A stretch of 64,000 nt of DNA from IMG/VR virus record IMGVR_UViG_3300020034_000005, positions 26,319-90,318 of that record. One strand, given 5' to 3'. The translations under genes and the position numbers were made by a program. The notes under the pieces are model-generated. The model saw only the letters and a list, made by a program, of their open reading frames with translations, had not been told where the DNA came from and searched no databases. Below, piece after piece: positions 19,467-29,867 of the stretch. The stretch comes from a virus. How positions within the stretch are numbered: position 1 is the first letter of the stretch; each line of letters starts with the position of its first letter.

Positions 19467-19849
19467 CCATCACCTCCGCCGAGGCCCGCGACCTGGCGAA
19501 CGCCGCGCTGGCCCGCCTGTACGGCAACGTCACCCAGTACGACCGGCTCCTCCTGGAGCAGGCCATCGACTCCATCGCCGGAGACGGCAGCCGGTTCAGC
19601 ATGAACGAACTGCGCGCCGTGCTCCCCGAGATCGGCTACAAGGCCGCCGGCCTGTTCTTCCACGGCCTCGTCGCACCGCACAAGGTGCCGCTCGTCGAGA
19701 TCGTCGACGAAGTCACCTCGGTCAACAAGAAAGCCCACGGGAAGACCGTCAAGGTCTACGTCCTCACCCCGCACGGCCGCGTCGCGTTCAGCAAGCGGCG
19801 GCGCGAGCGGGCAGCCCTCCGGGACCAGAACGCGAGGGCCGCCGCATGA
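19463..19849 (+). CDS. Hypothetical protein
   Basis: FSMNELR...AHGK motif. Confidence 0.65.
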   Translation: MTITSAEARDLANAALARLYGNVTQYDRLLLEQAIDSIAGDGSRFSMNELRAVLPEIGYKAAGLFFHGLVAPHKVPLVEIVDEVTSVNKKAHGKTVKVYVLTPHGRVAFSKRRRERAALRDQNARAAA

Positions 19850-19931
19850 GCAACCTCGCCTGGATCATCCCCGCGCTCATCATCGCCGGGGCCCTCATCG
19901 CCGCAGCCGGAGCCTGGTTCAGGGGGCGGCG

Positions 19932-20093
19932 ATGAGCTTCGAGACCTACGTCAACACCTTCTTCATCATCGCGTTCGCCGGCGCCCTCATCGTCACCGCC
20001 ACCAAATGGCTGTTCGTCGCGACCGTCACCTTCTGGCTGCTGTACGGCCTCTGGTACGCCGCGATCCGCCTCGACACCTGGAGGCGGACGTGA
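19932..20093 (+). CDS. Small membrane protein
   Basis: Hydrophobic; coupled overlaps on both sides. Confidence 0.5.
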   Translation: MSFETYVNTFFIIAFAGALIVTATKWLFVATVTFWLLYGLWYAAIRLDTWRRT

Positions 20094-20344
20094 AGCTCCC
20101 CTGGTGGCTCCGACGGTCCTGGCAGCAAGCACAACGGACCGTGCACGAAGCCGAGATGAGCGTCGCCGCGTACCGGTTCCTCACCGCCATCGAAGCCGAA
20201 GCCGCATGCCTCGACCAGCTCGCCGACGGCGTACCCGCCGCACCCGACAACCGGCCCGGCATCAACCTCGCCGCACACGACACCTGCGAACTCATCTACG
20301 GCATGCCCGCCGACGACCACGACACCGAACGGGGGAAGCGATGA
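20090..20344 (+). CDS. Hypothetical protein
   Basis: GTGA overlap. Confidence 0.5.
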   Translation: MKLPWWLRRSWQQAQRTVHEAEMSVAAYRFLTAIEAEAACLDQLADGVPAAPDNRPGINLAAHDTCELIYGMPADDHDTERGKR

Positions 20345-21318
20345 CCACCGCAACCAACGAACCGCCCGCACACGGGACCTACGCCCGCGGCAACGGCGCC
20401 CCCGGCTACCGACCGCCGTGCGACTGCCCGCCCTGCCGCAAAGCCCGGCTGCGGACCAAGAAGCACAACAAGGCCATGCGAGACCTCGGCAAGGGCGCCC
20501 GCGTACCGGCAGACCAGGCCCGCACCCGACTCCAAGCCCTCTGCCAGACCATGACGTGGGACCAGATCGCCGCGGCCACCGGCTGCGAACCCGGCAACCT
20601 CCGCCTGATCAGCTCGGGCAGGCGGGCCGCGATCAACCGCAGCACCCAGAACAAGATCCTCGCCGTGGCACCGCAGCCCCCCAGCGCGCGCGGCAAATAC
20701 GTCGACGCCACCGGAAGCCGCCGCCGACTCCAAGCCCTCCGCGCACTCGGCTACTCCGCCCGCCACATCGCCGACATCGGCGGGTTCGCCACCAGCGAGA
20801 GCCGCGTACACACCATCTGCGCCACCCGCCAGCCCACCGTCCGCCACCACCTGGCCGCGAAGATCACCGCCGCCTACACCGTCCTCGCCGGAACACTCCC
20901 GCCGCCCAGCGCCGGAACCACCATCGCCCGCAACTACGCCGCGAAACAGGGCTGGGCACCGCCCGGGGCCTGGGACAACATCGACGACCCGGCCGCCGTC
21001 CCCGACTCAACAGGGCACTGCGGCACCGACCGAGGCTGGTGGACCCACCGCAATACACACCTCCCCGTCTGCCAGCGGTGCGAGGCCGCCCACCAGGAGT
21101 GGAAGCGGGACCACCAGCACCTGGCCAGGACCGAGTTCATGAAGGCCCTCACGGCCGCCCGCTCCGCCGCCTCCCACCGCGGCGCCGACATTGCCGACGA
21201 CGGCCGCGAACTCATCCGCCACGGCTGCGACTACGACACCGCCGCCGCCCGCATCGGCGTCACCCGCCAACACCTCCAACAAGAACTCCAACGCCACCCC
21301 GAAGGAGCCGCAGCATGA
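20341..21318 (+). CDS. Multi-HTH / Zn-finger DNA-binding protein
   Basis: CxCxxC, TWDQIAAATG, GYSARHIA, AAARIGVT HTH-like segments. Confidence 0.7.
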   Translation: MTTATNEPPAHGTYARGNGAPGYRPPCDCPPCRKARLRTKKHNKAMRDLGKGARVPADQARTRLQALCQTMTWDQIAAATGCEPGNLRLISSGRRAAINRSTQNKILAVAPQPPSARGKYVDATGSRRRLQALRALGYSARHIADIGGFATSESRVHTICATRQPTVRHHLAAKITAAYTVLAGTLPPPSAGTTIARNYAAKQGWAPPGAWDNIDDPAAVPDSTGHCGTDRGWWTHRNTHLPVCQRCEAAHQEWKRDHQHLARTEFMKALTAARSAASHRGADIADDGRELIRHGCDYDTAAARIGVTRQHLQQELQRHPEGAAA

Positions 21319-23003
21319 GCTACCGCAACGACGACGACGCGCTCACCGTCATGGACTGGTTCTGCGGGGCCGGCGGGTCTTCCCAGGGCATGCACTCGGT
21401 GCCCGGGGTGCGGGTGGAGCGGGCCGCGAACCACTGGGCCAAGGCCATCGAGTCGCACGCAGCGAACTTCCCCCTCGTCGACCACTACCGCGGCGACATC
21501 CGCGAGGCCCCGGTCGAGCGGTGGCCCGTCACCGACATCTTCTGGGCCAGCCCCGAGTGCCCGCAGTGGTCGAACGCCCGCGGCAAGAAGCGGGACTTCG
21601 CGAACACCCTGCAGGGCGACCTGTTCGGCGACGGCGCCCCCTCCGAAGAGGTCGAACGCTCCCGCGCCCTCATGGAGGAAGTCCCCATGTACCTGCGCGG
21701 GGTGCAGCAGCGCGGCGGACTCGTCAAGGCGGGCGTCGTCGAGAACGTCGTCGACGTCCGGGCCTGGGACCAGTGGGACCGGTGGATCGGCGAGATCAAG
21801 AAGCTCGGGTACGAGACCCGCACCATCGCCCTGAACTCCATGCACGCCGACCCGCGCACCGTCCACCAAGCACCCCAGTCCCGCGACCGCCTGTACGTCG
21901 CCTACTGGCACCAGTCCCTGGGCCGCACCCCCGACTGGAACAAGTGGCTCCGCCCGCGCGCCTGGTGCACCGGCTGCCAGGAATGGGTGCGCGCCGTCCA
22001 GGTCTTCAAGGACCCCACCCGCGACATGGGCCGCTACCGCCAGCAGTACGTCTACCGCTGCCCTGAGGTGAAGTGCCGCAACCAGATCGTCGAACCCTCC
22101 ACCCTGCCCGCCGCCGTCGCCATCGACTGGAACCTCCCCGGCCAGCGCATCGGGGACAGGGCCAAACCGCTCGCCGACAAGACCCTCGCCCGCATCCAGG
22201 CCGGCCTCGACAAGTTCGCCCGCCCCATGGTCGTCCCCGCTGGAGGGACCTGGCGCAACGACCCGGTGCCGCTCGACCAGCCCATGCCGACCCGCACCAC
22301 CCGGGAGAACGACGGCCTCGCCATACCGCCCTTGCTCATCCCTGTTGAAGGACGGGACGGGAAGGAGCCCGCCTCCGCGAACAACCCGCTCCGCACGCAG
22401 ACCGCCCGCAACGAAACCGGCCTGGCCTGGCTGCCATTCATGGTCACCATGCGCGGCGGCGGCGACCAGCTCCGCGGTAAGTCCATCGGTGAGGCGCTCG
22501 GCACGGTCTCCGCGAACGGCAACCACCACGGGCTCGTCGCCCCGAACGTTCCCGCCATGGTCATGCGGAACAACGGCTCCAAAGGCGACGGCGGCGAACA
22601 CTGCACCAGCGCCGCCGACTACCTCCGCACCATGACGACAGCCGGCCACCAGTCCCTCATCACCTGGGAGCACCTCCTCGTCCCCTACTACGGCACCGGA
22701 ACCGCGCGCCCCGTCGCCGACCCGATCGGCACCCTGTCCACCCGCGACCGGTACGCCCTCGTCAAGGGCGACGTCGACATCAACGACGTGCTCTTCCGGA
22801 TGCTGGAGCCCCACGAGATCGGCCGGGCCATGAGCTTCGCCGACGAGTACGTGGTCCTCGGCAACAAGCGGGAGAAAGTCCGCCAGTACGGCAACGCCGT
22901 CACCCCGCCCGCCGCCGAAGTCATCGTCGCCGCCCTCGTCGAAGCCATCACCGGCGAAGAGATGTCCCGGCACGCGGCGCCCGAGCTGGCAGCCGCCGCA
23001 TGA
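21315..23003 (+). CDS. C5-cytosine DNA methyltransferase
   Basis: FCGAGG, SPEC, ENV, PQSRDR, GNAV motifs. Confidence 0.92.
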   Translation: MSYRNDDDALTVMDWFCGAGGSSQGMHSVPGVRVERAANHWAKAIESHAANFPLVDHYRGDIREAPVERWPVTDIFWASPECPQWSNARGKKRDFANTLQGDLFGDGAPSEEVERSRALMEEVPMYLRGVQQRGGLVKAGVVENVVDVRAWDQWDRWIGEIKKLGYETRTIALNSMHADPRTVHQAPQSRDRLYVAYWHQSLGRTPDWNKWLRPRAWCTGCQEWVRAVQVFKDPTRDMGRYRQQYVYRCPEVKCRNQIVEPSTLPAAVAIDWNLPGQRIGDRAKPLADKTLARIQAGLDKFARPMVVPAGGTWRNDPVPLDQPMPTRTTRENDGLAIPPLLIPVEGRDGKEPASANNPLRTQTARNETGLAWLPFMVTMRGGGDQLRGKSIGEALGTVSANGNHHGLVAPNVPAMVMRNNGSKGDGGEHCTSAADYLRTMTTAGHQSLITWEHLLVPYYGTGTARPVADPIGTLSTRDRYALVKGDVDINDVLFRMLEPHEIGRAMSFADEYVVLGNKREKVRQYGNAVTPPAAEVIVAALVEAITGEEMSRHAAPELAAAA

Positions 23004-23076
23004 CCGCCGCCGGGCCCTGACCGGCCGGCCACCACCGCACCTCCTATCCGCACCGTACTTTCGAGAGAAGCTGCAC

Positions 23077-23994
23077 ATGCCTTGGGCCAAGTTCGACGAC
23101 CGGTTCCCGATGAACCGCAAGGTGCGTCCGCTCTCCGACCGCGCCTTCCGCCTGTACGTCTCCGCGATCTGCTGGTCCGCCGAGAACCTCACGGACGGCT
23201 TCGTCGCCGAGACCGAACTGCGCCTCGTCGCCGACATCCGGGGAGCCAAAGGTGCGGCCGCGGAGCTCGTTGACGTCGGCCTGTGGGTGCCGTCGACGCG
23301 CGTTCGTGCCGCGTTCGTGCCGCCGTCGCGTCAAGTTCGTGCCGCCGTCGTGTCGAAGTCGCGTCAAAGTCGCGTCGAAGTTCGTGCCGCGAACAACGAC
23401 ACGAAAGTACGCGGTTGGGAGATCCACGACTACCACGAGTACAACCCCACCGCCGAGCAGGTTCGCGCCGAGCGTGAGGCCAAGTCTGCACGTCAGCAGC
23501 GGTGGCGGAAGAAGTCCCGGGGCAACGGACCTGAGCCGGAACCGCCTGCCGACGACCAGGATGTAGACGCATCTACAGATGCGTCTCAAGACGCGTCGCG
23601 AGACGGTGCCGGAGACGCTGCCCCGCGCACGCGCGTTCCCGACCCGACCCGTACCCGTACCCCTTCTATGGCTGATGTAGGTGGGGAGGGTGCAGGTAGT
23701 AGTGCGCGCGAGTCCGCGCCGCCCGGCGAAGCCCCCATCGACGACGCAGGCTTCGCCGTCACCGACACGATGCGCCGCTGGGCGAACCTCACCTTCGGGG
23801 CGGCCGTCGACATCGAGCACTCCACGCAGCAGTTCGTCAGCCACTACCGATCCACCGGCGTCGACCGCCGCTCCTGGCCCGACGCCTGGCAGAAGTGGAT
23901 CAGGGATGACGCGAAGAAGACCGCCGACCGACAGCAGCGTTCCCATCTCCGCGCCGTCGCCGGCCAGAGCCCCGAAGAACGAGGGATCTTCTGA
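23077..23994 (+). CDS. Phage replication initiator
   Basis: MPWAKFDD...TDGF...GLW...GW.IHDY N-terminal domain; F..HY...W..AW..W C-terminal domain; precedes helicase. Confidence 0.75.
   Translation: MPWAKFDDRFPMNRKVRPLSDRAFRLYVSAICWSAENLTDGFVAETELRLVADIRGAKGAAAELVDVGLWVPSTRVRAAFVPPSRQVRAAVVSKSRQSRVEVRAANNDTKVRGWEIHDYHEYNPTAEQVRAEREAKSARQQRWRKKSRGNGPEPEPPADDQDVDASTDASQDASRDGAGDAAPRTRVPDPTRTRTPSMADVGGEGAGSSARESAPPGEAPIDDAGFAVTDTMRRWANLTFGAAVDIEHSTQQFVSHYRSTGVDRRSWPDAWQKWIRDDAKKTADRQQRSHLRAVAGQSPEERGIF
23302..23389 (+). repeat. Iteron-like repeats inside the initiator gene (putative ori)
   Basis: GTTCGTGCCG at 23302, 23313, 23335, 23380; AAGTCGCGTC at 23356, 23367. Confidence 0.6.
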
Positions 23995-25322
23995 TGACCA
24001 CCGACCTCGAACCCACCGACGACCTCGACACCCCGCGCACCCCACCCCAGGACATCTCCGCCGAGATCACCGCGCTGGGCTCCAGCCTCTTCAGCCGCCC
24101 CGCCCTGCGCGCCGTCCTCGACCGCCTCGACCCCGCCGCCTGCTACCAGCCCGCCCACACGCTGATCCTCACCGCCATGGGCGAGATGGCCGCGGCCGGC
24201 AAGGCAGTCGACCCGATCACCCTGTCCAAGCACCTTGGCGACACCGGACGCCTCACCCGGGCCGGCGGGCCCTCGTACATCCACCAGCTGGCCAGCTGGA
24301 CATTTACCGCGACCAGCCCCGCGAACGCCGCCGAGTACGCGGACATCGTCATGGACCGTGCGCAGCGCCGGGCCGTCATCAGTCTCGCCACCGACCTCAG
24401 CGAAACCGCCTACGGCACGACCACTGCAACGCCCGAGCTCGTCGAGCGGGCCGTCACCCAGATCCGCGAACTCCGCGACCAGGGCGCCGCAGCCGAAGAA
24501 CTGCCCACCGAGGACATTCTCGACTTCGTCAACCACGAGGACACCTACGACTGGGTCGTCCCCGGCCTCCTCGAACACCAGGACCGGCTGATCCTCACCG
24601 CGTCCGAAGGCGGCGGGAAGTCCACCCTGCTGCGCCAGATCTCCGTCACCCTCGCCGCGGGCCTCCACCCGTTCCGGACCGGGGAGACCATCGAGCCCGT
24701 CCGCGTCCTGACCCTCGACTGCGAGAACGGGGCGCCCGCCTCCCGCCGCAAGTTCCGGCCCATGCTCGCCGCTGCCGAGTCCGTCGAACGGCCCGTCAAG
24801 CGCGGCCAGTTCCACATCGAGTGCCGCCCCCAGGGCCTCGACCTGACCCGCCCCGCAGACCGGGCGTGGCTGATGCGCCGCATCGAGAAGATCAAACCCC
24901 AGGTGCTGATCATCGGCCCCGTCTACCGGCTGCACGCCGGGAACCCCAACGACGAAGAGCTCGCCCGCAAGGTGTCCGTCGTGATCGACGAGGCCCGCGC
25001 CACCGCCGGATGCGCCGTCCTCATGGAAGCCCACGCCCCCCACGGCAACGGCATCGGACCCCGCAGCCTGCGCCCCCTCGGCAGCTCGCTGTGGATGCGC
25101 TGGCCCGAGTTCGGGTTCGGCCTGCGACCCGTCGACGACGAGAAGTCCGCACAGAACCACGAAGGCGCCCGTGGCCGGGCCGTCGTCCCCTGGCGCGGTA
25201 TGCGCGACGAACGCGACTGGCCCAAGTTCATCAAGCAGGGCATCGCCTGGCCGTGGACCTCCTACCAGCCCATCGACGCCGACCCGTACACGGGCTACTC
25301 CCCGACAGGAGCGATCTGGTGA
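23994..25322 (+). CDS. Replicative helicase (DnaB N-terminal domain + AAA/RecA-like ATPase)
   Basis: PPQD..AE...G, Y.PAH, D.ITL; Walker A ASEGGGKST. Confidence 0.85.
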   Translation: MTTDLEPTDDLDTPRTPPQDISAEITALGSSLFSRPALRAVLDRLDPAACYQPAHTLILTAMGEMAAAGKAVDPITLSKHLGDTGRLTRAGGPSYIHQLASWTFTATSPANAAEYADIVMDRAQRRAVISLATDLSETAYGTTTATPELVERAVTQIRELRDQGAAAEELPTEDILDFVNHEDTYDWVVPGLLEHQDRLILTASEGGGKSTLLRQISVTLAAGLHPFRTGETIEPVRVLTLDCENGAPASRRKFRPMLAAAESVERPVKRGQFHIECRPQGLDLTRPADRAWLMRRIEKIKPQVLIIGPVYRLHAGNPNDEELARKVSVVIDEARATAGCAVLMEAHAPHGNGIGPRSLRPLGSSLWMRWPEFGFGLRPVDDEKSAQNHEGARGRAVVPWRGMRDERDWPKFIKQGIAWPWTSYQPIDADPYTGYSPTGAIW

Positions 25323-26041
25323 GCCAACGCAACGCCTTCGAAGCCTTCCTCGACCGCATCGAATCAAGGCATGCCCGACAGGAGAACCCGGCCGGCAGCC
25401 CCGGCGCCCTCGCCGGCGGCATGACCATCGAGGCCCTGCCCACCGTCTACCGCGGCACGACGTTCCGCTCAGCCCTGGAGGCGTCGTGGGCGTGCACCCT
25501 CGATGAGCTCAACGTCGCCTGGGAGTACGAACCGCAGACGATCGACCTCCCCTCGGGAGCCCGGTACATACCCGACTTCTGGCTCCCGCTGACAGGCACT
25601 TGGATCGAGGTCAAAGGGCCAGGCGTCCCGAGGATCGAGAAGGCCTACGAGCTTGGATCAACCAGGGCGTGCGATTGCCACGGCCTCACCTGCGACTGCC
25701 CGTTCCCCGGCGGTGAACTGGTCCTCATAGGCCACCCGCCCAAGTCGCTGGACACCACGGCCGGCGGCCCGTTCAACCACTGGCCGCTGCACTCCCTGGC
25801 CAGACTTCGCCGCCGCCACGGTGGCCACCCCACCTGGACATCCACGCGCCGCAGCAACGCCTGGCTGACCCGATGCCCCGACTGCGCCCAGGTCACCTGG
25901 TTCGACTCGCCGTGCTGCCGGGCCTGCCGCGGCCCGCTCGCGGGCGCACACGGGGCCAGCTCCGGCGACCCCGACTTCACGTTCCACCGCGTCACCGGAC
26001 CTCGCGCCGACACCGACGACCCAGAGGAGATGTCCGCATGA
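25319..26041 (+). CDS. PD-(D/E)XK nuclease-like protein
   Basis: FRS.LEA.WA, YEP, YIPDF, IEVKG. Confidence 0.75.
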   Translation: MSQRNAFEAFLDRIESRHARQENPAGSPGALAGGMTIEALPTVYRGTTFRSALEASWACTLDELNVAWEYEPQTIDLPSGARYIPDFWLPLTGTWIEVKGPGVPRIEKAYELGSTRACDCHGLTCDCPFPGGELVLIGHPPKSLDTTAGGPFNHWPLHSLARLRRRHGGHPTWTSTRRSNAWLTRCPDCAQVTWFDSPCCRACRGPLAGAHGASSGDPDFTFHRVTGPRADTDDPEEMSA

Positions 26042-27297
26042 CCACCATCTGCGCCCGCTGCAAGGGCACGAAGATCGACCCGGTGTTCGCCGCCATGGAG
26101 GACCACGGCAACGGTGATGTCCGGGAGGTCCCGGAGCCGTGCGCGGACTGCCAGGTCCCCGCCCCGGCGCCTGAGTTCGGCACTGACGGCTGTACGTGTG
26201 TCCCGTGGACCCGGCAGGGCGGCGAGCCCCGGCTGTGCGGGCCGAACGACACCGTCGACATGATCGGCGGCTGGCATTTCGGGAGCGACTGCCCGCACCA
26301 CGCGCCGCGCAAGCCGTCGGACTCCGATCACCGCCTGGCCCTGTCGGAGGCGTTGGGTCTCGGGACGGGTGCGCCGTGGGATGCGATCGAGGAGCGGGCG
26401 GCGGAGTTGACGGCGGCCGCCCTCACCGCACCCGCCGACCGGGCGCACCGCAGAGCGTGCCCGTCCCGTGAGCCGCTGCTCGACGTCCAGTGCGCGAAGG
26501 AGGCCGGGCACGAGACGCACTCGGACCGGCCGGGGCGGATCTGGTATCCCGCACCCGCCGAACGGGCGGCCGTCAAGATGGGGGCCACCATCACGCGGCT
26601 GCGGGCTGAACGCGCCGAGCTCAACCGCCAGCTGGCCTGCATTCGTGGGGACATGCGGGACATGGAGGCCCACCTGCGCGAGCAGGACGCCGAGTTCGAG
26701 CGCCTCCGCGGGGGCCGGGCGGCTGTGCTGGCGGATGCCGAGGAACTGGCCGAACTCGACCGCGAGGGCGCGGAACTGGTCTGCGTGGACACGTGCGGCA
26801 GCTGCGACGCCTGCGGGATGGAGCCCTTCGGCACCCCCGCAGAGGGCTGGCGCGAGGCGGCCCGCTTCCTGCGCCGCACGGACCGCGACTCGCCGGACTT
26901 CCTCGGCGCGATCCGGGGGGCCCGCCTCATCGAGACCGAGCTCCGCCGCCGGGCCGACGAGGCACAGCAGACCAAGCCCGACGCGGATGATCTGACCGCC
27001 GAGGAGAACCGCGATCTCGCCGACGACCTTGGCCTCCAGCTGTACCGCGCGCAGGACGCCCTGGCGTTCGTCGCCGAATGCTGCGACATCGCCGACCGGG
27101 AACAGCGGCCTGTCACCACGGGCGTCGTGCGGGAGTGGTTGAAGGGCGCGCGCTGCGGACGGGAGTTGCGGGCCGACGAGGCGCAGCAGGGCGAGGCGGA
27201 GCGACCTGTCCAGCACGCTCCCGGGATCGCGATCCGGTGCCCTGCCTGCCGCTCCAAGGGCTACTCGGTCTGCCTGGCCGAGGGGGCGCAGCGATGA
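26038..27297 (+). CDS. Mosaic hypothetical protein
   Basis: ATGA overlaps; several CxxC micro-domains and a coiled coil. Confidence 0.65.
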   Translation: MTTICARCKGTKIDPVFAAMEDHGNGDVREVPEPCADCQVPAPAPEFGTDGCTCVPWTRQGGEPRLCGPNDTVDMIGGWHFGSDCPHHAPRKPSDSDHRLALSEALGLGTGAPWDAIEERAAELTAAALTAPADRAHRRACPSREPLLDVQCAKEAGHETHSDRPGRIWYPAPAERAAVKMGATITRLRAERAELNRQLACIRGDMRDMEAHLREQDAEFERLRGGRAAVLADAEELAELDREGAELVCVDTCGSCDACGMEPFGTPAEGWREAARFLRRTDRDSPDFLGAIRGARLIETELRRRADEAQQTKPDADDLTAEENRDLADDLGLQLYRAQDALAFVAECCDIADREQRPVTTGVVREWLKGARCGRELRADEAQQGEAERPVQHAPGIAIRCPACRSKGYSVCLAEGAQR

Positions 27298-28187
27298 GCG
27301 AGCAGCCGCCCTACTACCAGGACGAGCAAGTGACGCTCCTCCTCGGCGACGCGCTGGAGCAGCTGCGTACCCTCCCCGACGGGTCCGTGGACTGCATCGT
27401 CACCAGCCCGCCCTACTACGGGCTCCGCTCATACGGCATCGACGGGCAGTACGGGCTGGAGGCAACGCTTCCGGAGTATGTCGCCACCATGCGTGCCGTA
27501 TTCACCGAAGCGCGCCGGGTGTTGACCGATGACGGAACGCTGTGGTTGAACCTCGGCGACTCCTACAGCGCTGGCGGGCAAGGCGGCAACCGCGGCGGCA
27601 GGCTCATAGGCGGCGCACACCTGGATCGCGTCCCCGGTCGAACCCGGGTCCCAGGCTTCGCCCCGAAAAACCTGCTCATGATTCCGGCGCGGGTAGCCAT
27701 GGCGCTCCAGGACGACGGATGGGTCCTCCGTAACGAGATCGCCTGGCACAAGATCAACGCCAAGCCTGAGCCGGTCCGTGACCGCATGTCCAGCAGGCAC
27801 GAGAAGCTCTATCTGCTGACCAAGAGCCAGCGGTATGCGTTCAACCTTGACGCGGTCCGGGAGCCCTACACCTGCCCCAACGACTCGCGGCTGAATCCGG
27901 AGCAGGTGGCTCGGGGCCGTAATCCCGGCGACGTGTGGGCCATCCCTACGGGTTCTTATCCGGGAGCCCATGAGGCTGTGTTCCCCATCGACCTGCCGCT
28001 GCGCTGCATTCGGGCTGGTTGCCGTCCTGGCGGAACCGTGCTGGATCTGTTCTCCGGGTCTGGGACGACGGGCGCTGCAGCCGTACAGCTCGGATGCCAG
28101 TACGTCGGTATCGACCTCAACGCGGCGTACCACGACCTCGCCAGAGAGCGGTTCACGCAGGGCGTTCTCGCGTTCGACACCCCGTGA
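27294..28187 (+). CDS. DNA amino-methyltransferase (N4C/N6A, beta class)
   Basis: TSPPY, H.AVFP, DLFSGSGTT. Confidence 0.92.
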   Translation: MSEQPPYYQDEQVTLLLGDALEQLRTLPDGSVDCIVTSPPYYGLRSYGIDGQYGLEATLPEYVATMRAVFTEARRVLTDDGTLWLNLGDSYSAGGQGGNRGGRLIGGAHLDRVPGRTRVPGFAPKNLLMIPARVAMALQDDGWVLRNEIAWHKINAKPEPVRDRMSSRHEKLYLLTKSQRYAFNLDAVREPYTCPNDSRLNPEQVARGRNPGDVWAIPTGSYPGAHEAVFPIDLPLRCIRAGCRPGGTVLDLFSGSGTTGAAAVQLGCQYVGIDLNAAYHDLARERFTQGVLAFDTP

Positions 28188-28264
28188 CCCCACCCCACAC
28201 TGCCCCGGCTGCCGACCGGGGCGGCGCCCACCCAGCATCCCAACCCGACCCGAAGGAGAACCCC

Positions 28265-28486
28265 ATGCCCGAGAACATCACCGCCCTCGCGTACTTCATC
28301 CAGTCCCGCCCCGCCCCGGGTCAGCCGTGGCAGCAGGCGTCAGGGGTCCACTTCACCTGGAGGTCCAAGCCCCAGGCCCTGGCGAAGCTCGCCGCCCGCC
28401 GCGAGCAGCAGCCGAGTTGGGAGCACCGGCTGATGGAGCGGATCACCACCGTCACTGAGCGGCCCGCCGCGGAAGAGGGCCAGTGA
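28265..28486 (+). CDS. Hypothetical protein
   Basis: AAGGAG RBS. Confidence 0.6.
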   Translation: MPENITALAYFIQSRPAPGQPWQQASGVHFTWRSKPQALAKLAARREQQPSWEHRLMERITTVTERPAAEEGQ

Positions 28487-28671
28487 CCGACCGAACCCCG
28501 GCCCGCCGTCCGCAGGCCCGCAGCCTCCTGACCTCCCAGTCGGAGGCCATCCTCACGACCCTGTACCCGGGGCAGGTGCGGGCTGTCGTCATCGAGCGGG
28601 CGCTGCAGTGTCTGGCCGCCGCCGACCGGAAGCGGGCACGGCGGGCGGCACGTGAAGGGGCGGGGTCGTGA
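28483..28671 (+). CDS. Hypothetical protein
   Basis: GTGA overlap. Confidence 0.5.
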   Translation: MTDRTPARRPQARSLLTSQSEAILTTLYPGQVRAVVIERALQCLAAADRKRARRAAREGAGS

Positions 28672-28940
28672 GCGGGCCGACGATCGCCGAGCTCCTGCAT
28701 CTCGTCGACCGGGCGGAGCGGGGCACGTTGCTCGCCGGGGAGGCGGTTCAGCTCCGGGCGGGGATACGGGCGCTGGGGGCGGCTCGGGTCGCATCCGAGG
28801 ATCCGGTCGGACCGCAGGAGGCCCGGGAGTGTGGCTGTGCGCCCGCCTCCCGGCCTCAGGACCAGAAAACGCAAAGCTCTAGCGGTCAACGAACTACAGG
28901 CCCCTCAGGGGCCCCTGAGGGGATTCGGCAGTGGAAGTAG
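28668..28940 (+). CDS. Hypothetical protein
   Basis: GTGA overlap. Confidence 0.5.
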   Translation: MSGPTIAELLHLVDRAERGTLLAGEAVQLRAGIRALGAARVASEDPVGPQEARECGCAPASRPQDQKTQSSSGQRTTGPSGAPEGIRQWK

Positions 28941-29350
28941 ATCGGCACCTGAAGCACTGGACCGACACTCAGCGATGGATCATCGCCGCGGAAACGGGTT
29001 TCGCCTGCGCCTACTGCCAGATCATCTTCGGGTCGGTCGTCAGCAGGCCCGGCCATGAACCGCGCGTCCTTCGGATGCAGGTCGACCACTTCATCCCCGT
29101 CTCCTGGACCGGCCGGGAGGGCGACAGAGCGAACTGCGTCGCGGCCTGCCAGATATGCAACGCCCTCAAGCAAGACGCGATCTTCGACTCTGTGGTCAAC
29201 GCGCGCCGGCAACTTGACCGGCTGTGGGTCAAAGGCGGGTACCGGGTCGAGTTCATACCCGCGCGGTCCAACTTCGAGGACCCCGACGGATGGGCTCGTG
29301 ACTACGCGCGATACCTGCGGACCGTCGGCGTCCGGATGGATGCCGAGTAG
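28931..29350 (+). CDS. HNH endonuclease
   Basis: CAYC...VDHFIP...N.VAAC..CN..K. Confidence 0.85.
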   Translation: MEVDRHLKHWTDTQRWIIAAETGFACAYCQIIFGSVVSRPGHEPRVLRMQVDHFIPVSWTGREGDRANCVAACQICNALKQDAIFDSVVNARRQLDRLWVKGGYRVEFIPARSNFEDPDGWARDYARYLRTVGVRMDAE

Positions 29351-29387
29351 CGCCAGCCACCACCAACTCGACCTGAATGGAACCGAT

Positions 29388-29867
29388 ATGACCGACCCCA
29401 CGATCACCGACCTCCGCCGCGAACTGGAGAAAGCGCAGATCGCCCTGATCGCCGCGCTGAAACATCTCGGCGCGCACGCCGAAATGAACGCCGCCCTCCA
29501 CTGCGCGGACCGCGTCATGTATTCACCACTCCACGCCAAGATCGAAAGCACCATCGACGGCATCGACCACGCCCTCGCCCGCACCGAACAGACCGAACCC
29601 TCCACGCTGTTCGCGCGGTCTCTCGCGGACACCGCCGGACTCGTCAAGATCCTCACGGACCTCGACCGGTGCCAGCACGGCCGCCACCAAGGCGACGACT
29701 GCGGGCCCGCCGACGCCTGCACCGGCACCTCCGCAGGCAACCCGCACATGCAGCCGGGCGACGTCATCGGCTACGGCCTGCGTCGCGACACCATCGTCAT
29801 GCCCGACCGCGACCACAAACACGACCCGAAGGCGTGGCGCGGCACGGACATCGAGGAGCCGAAGTGA
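29388..29867 (+). CDS. Hypothetical protein
   Basis: DLDRCQHGRH.GD motif. Confidence 0.65.
   Translation: MTDPTITDLRRELEKAQIALIAALKHLGAHAEMNAALHCADRVMYSPLHAKIESTIDGIDHALARTEQTEPSTLFARSLADTAGLVKILTDLDRCQHGRHQGDDCGPADACTGTSAGNPHMQPGDVIGYGLRRDTIVMPDRDHKHDPKAWRGTDIEEPK

Noticed and set aside
23562-23571. TGTAGACGCA identical to 8203..8212 in the switch region
   Set aside because: A single 10-bp match is plausible by chance in 64 kb
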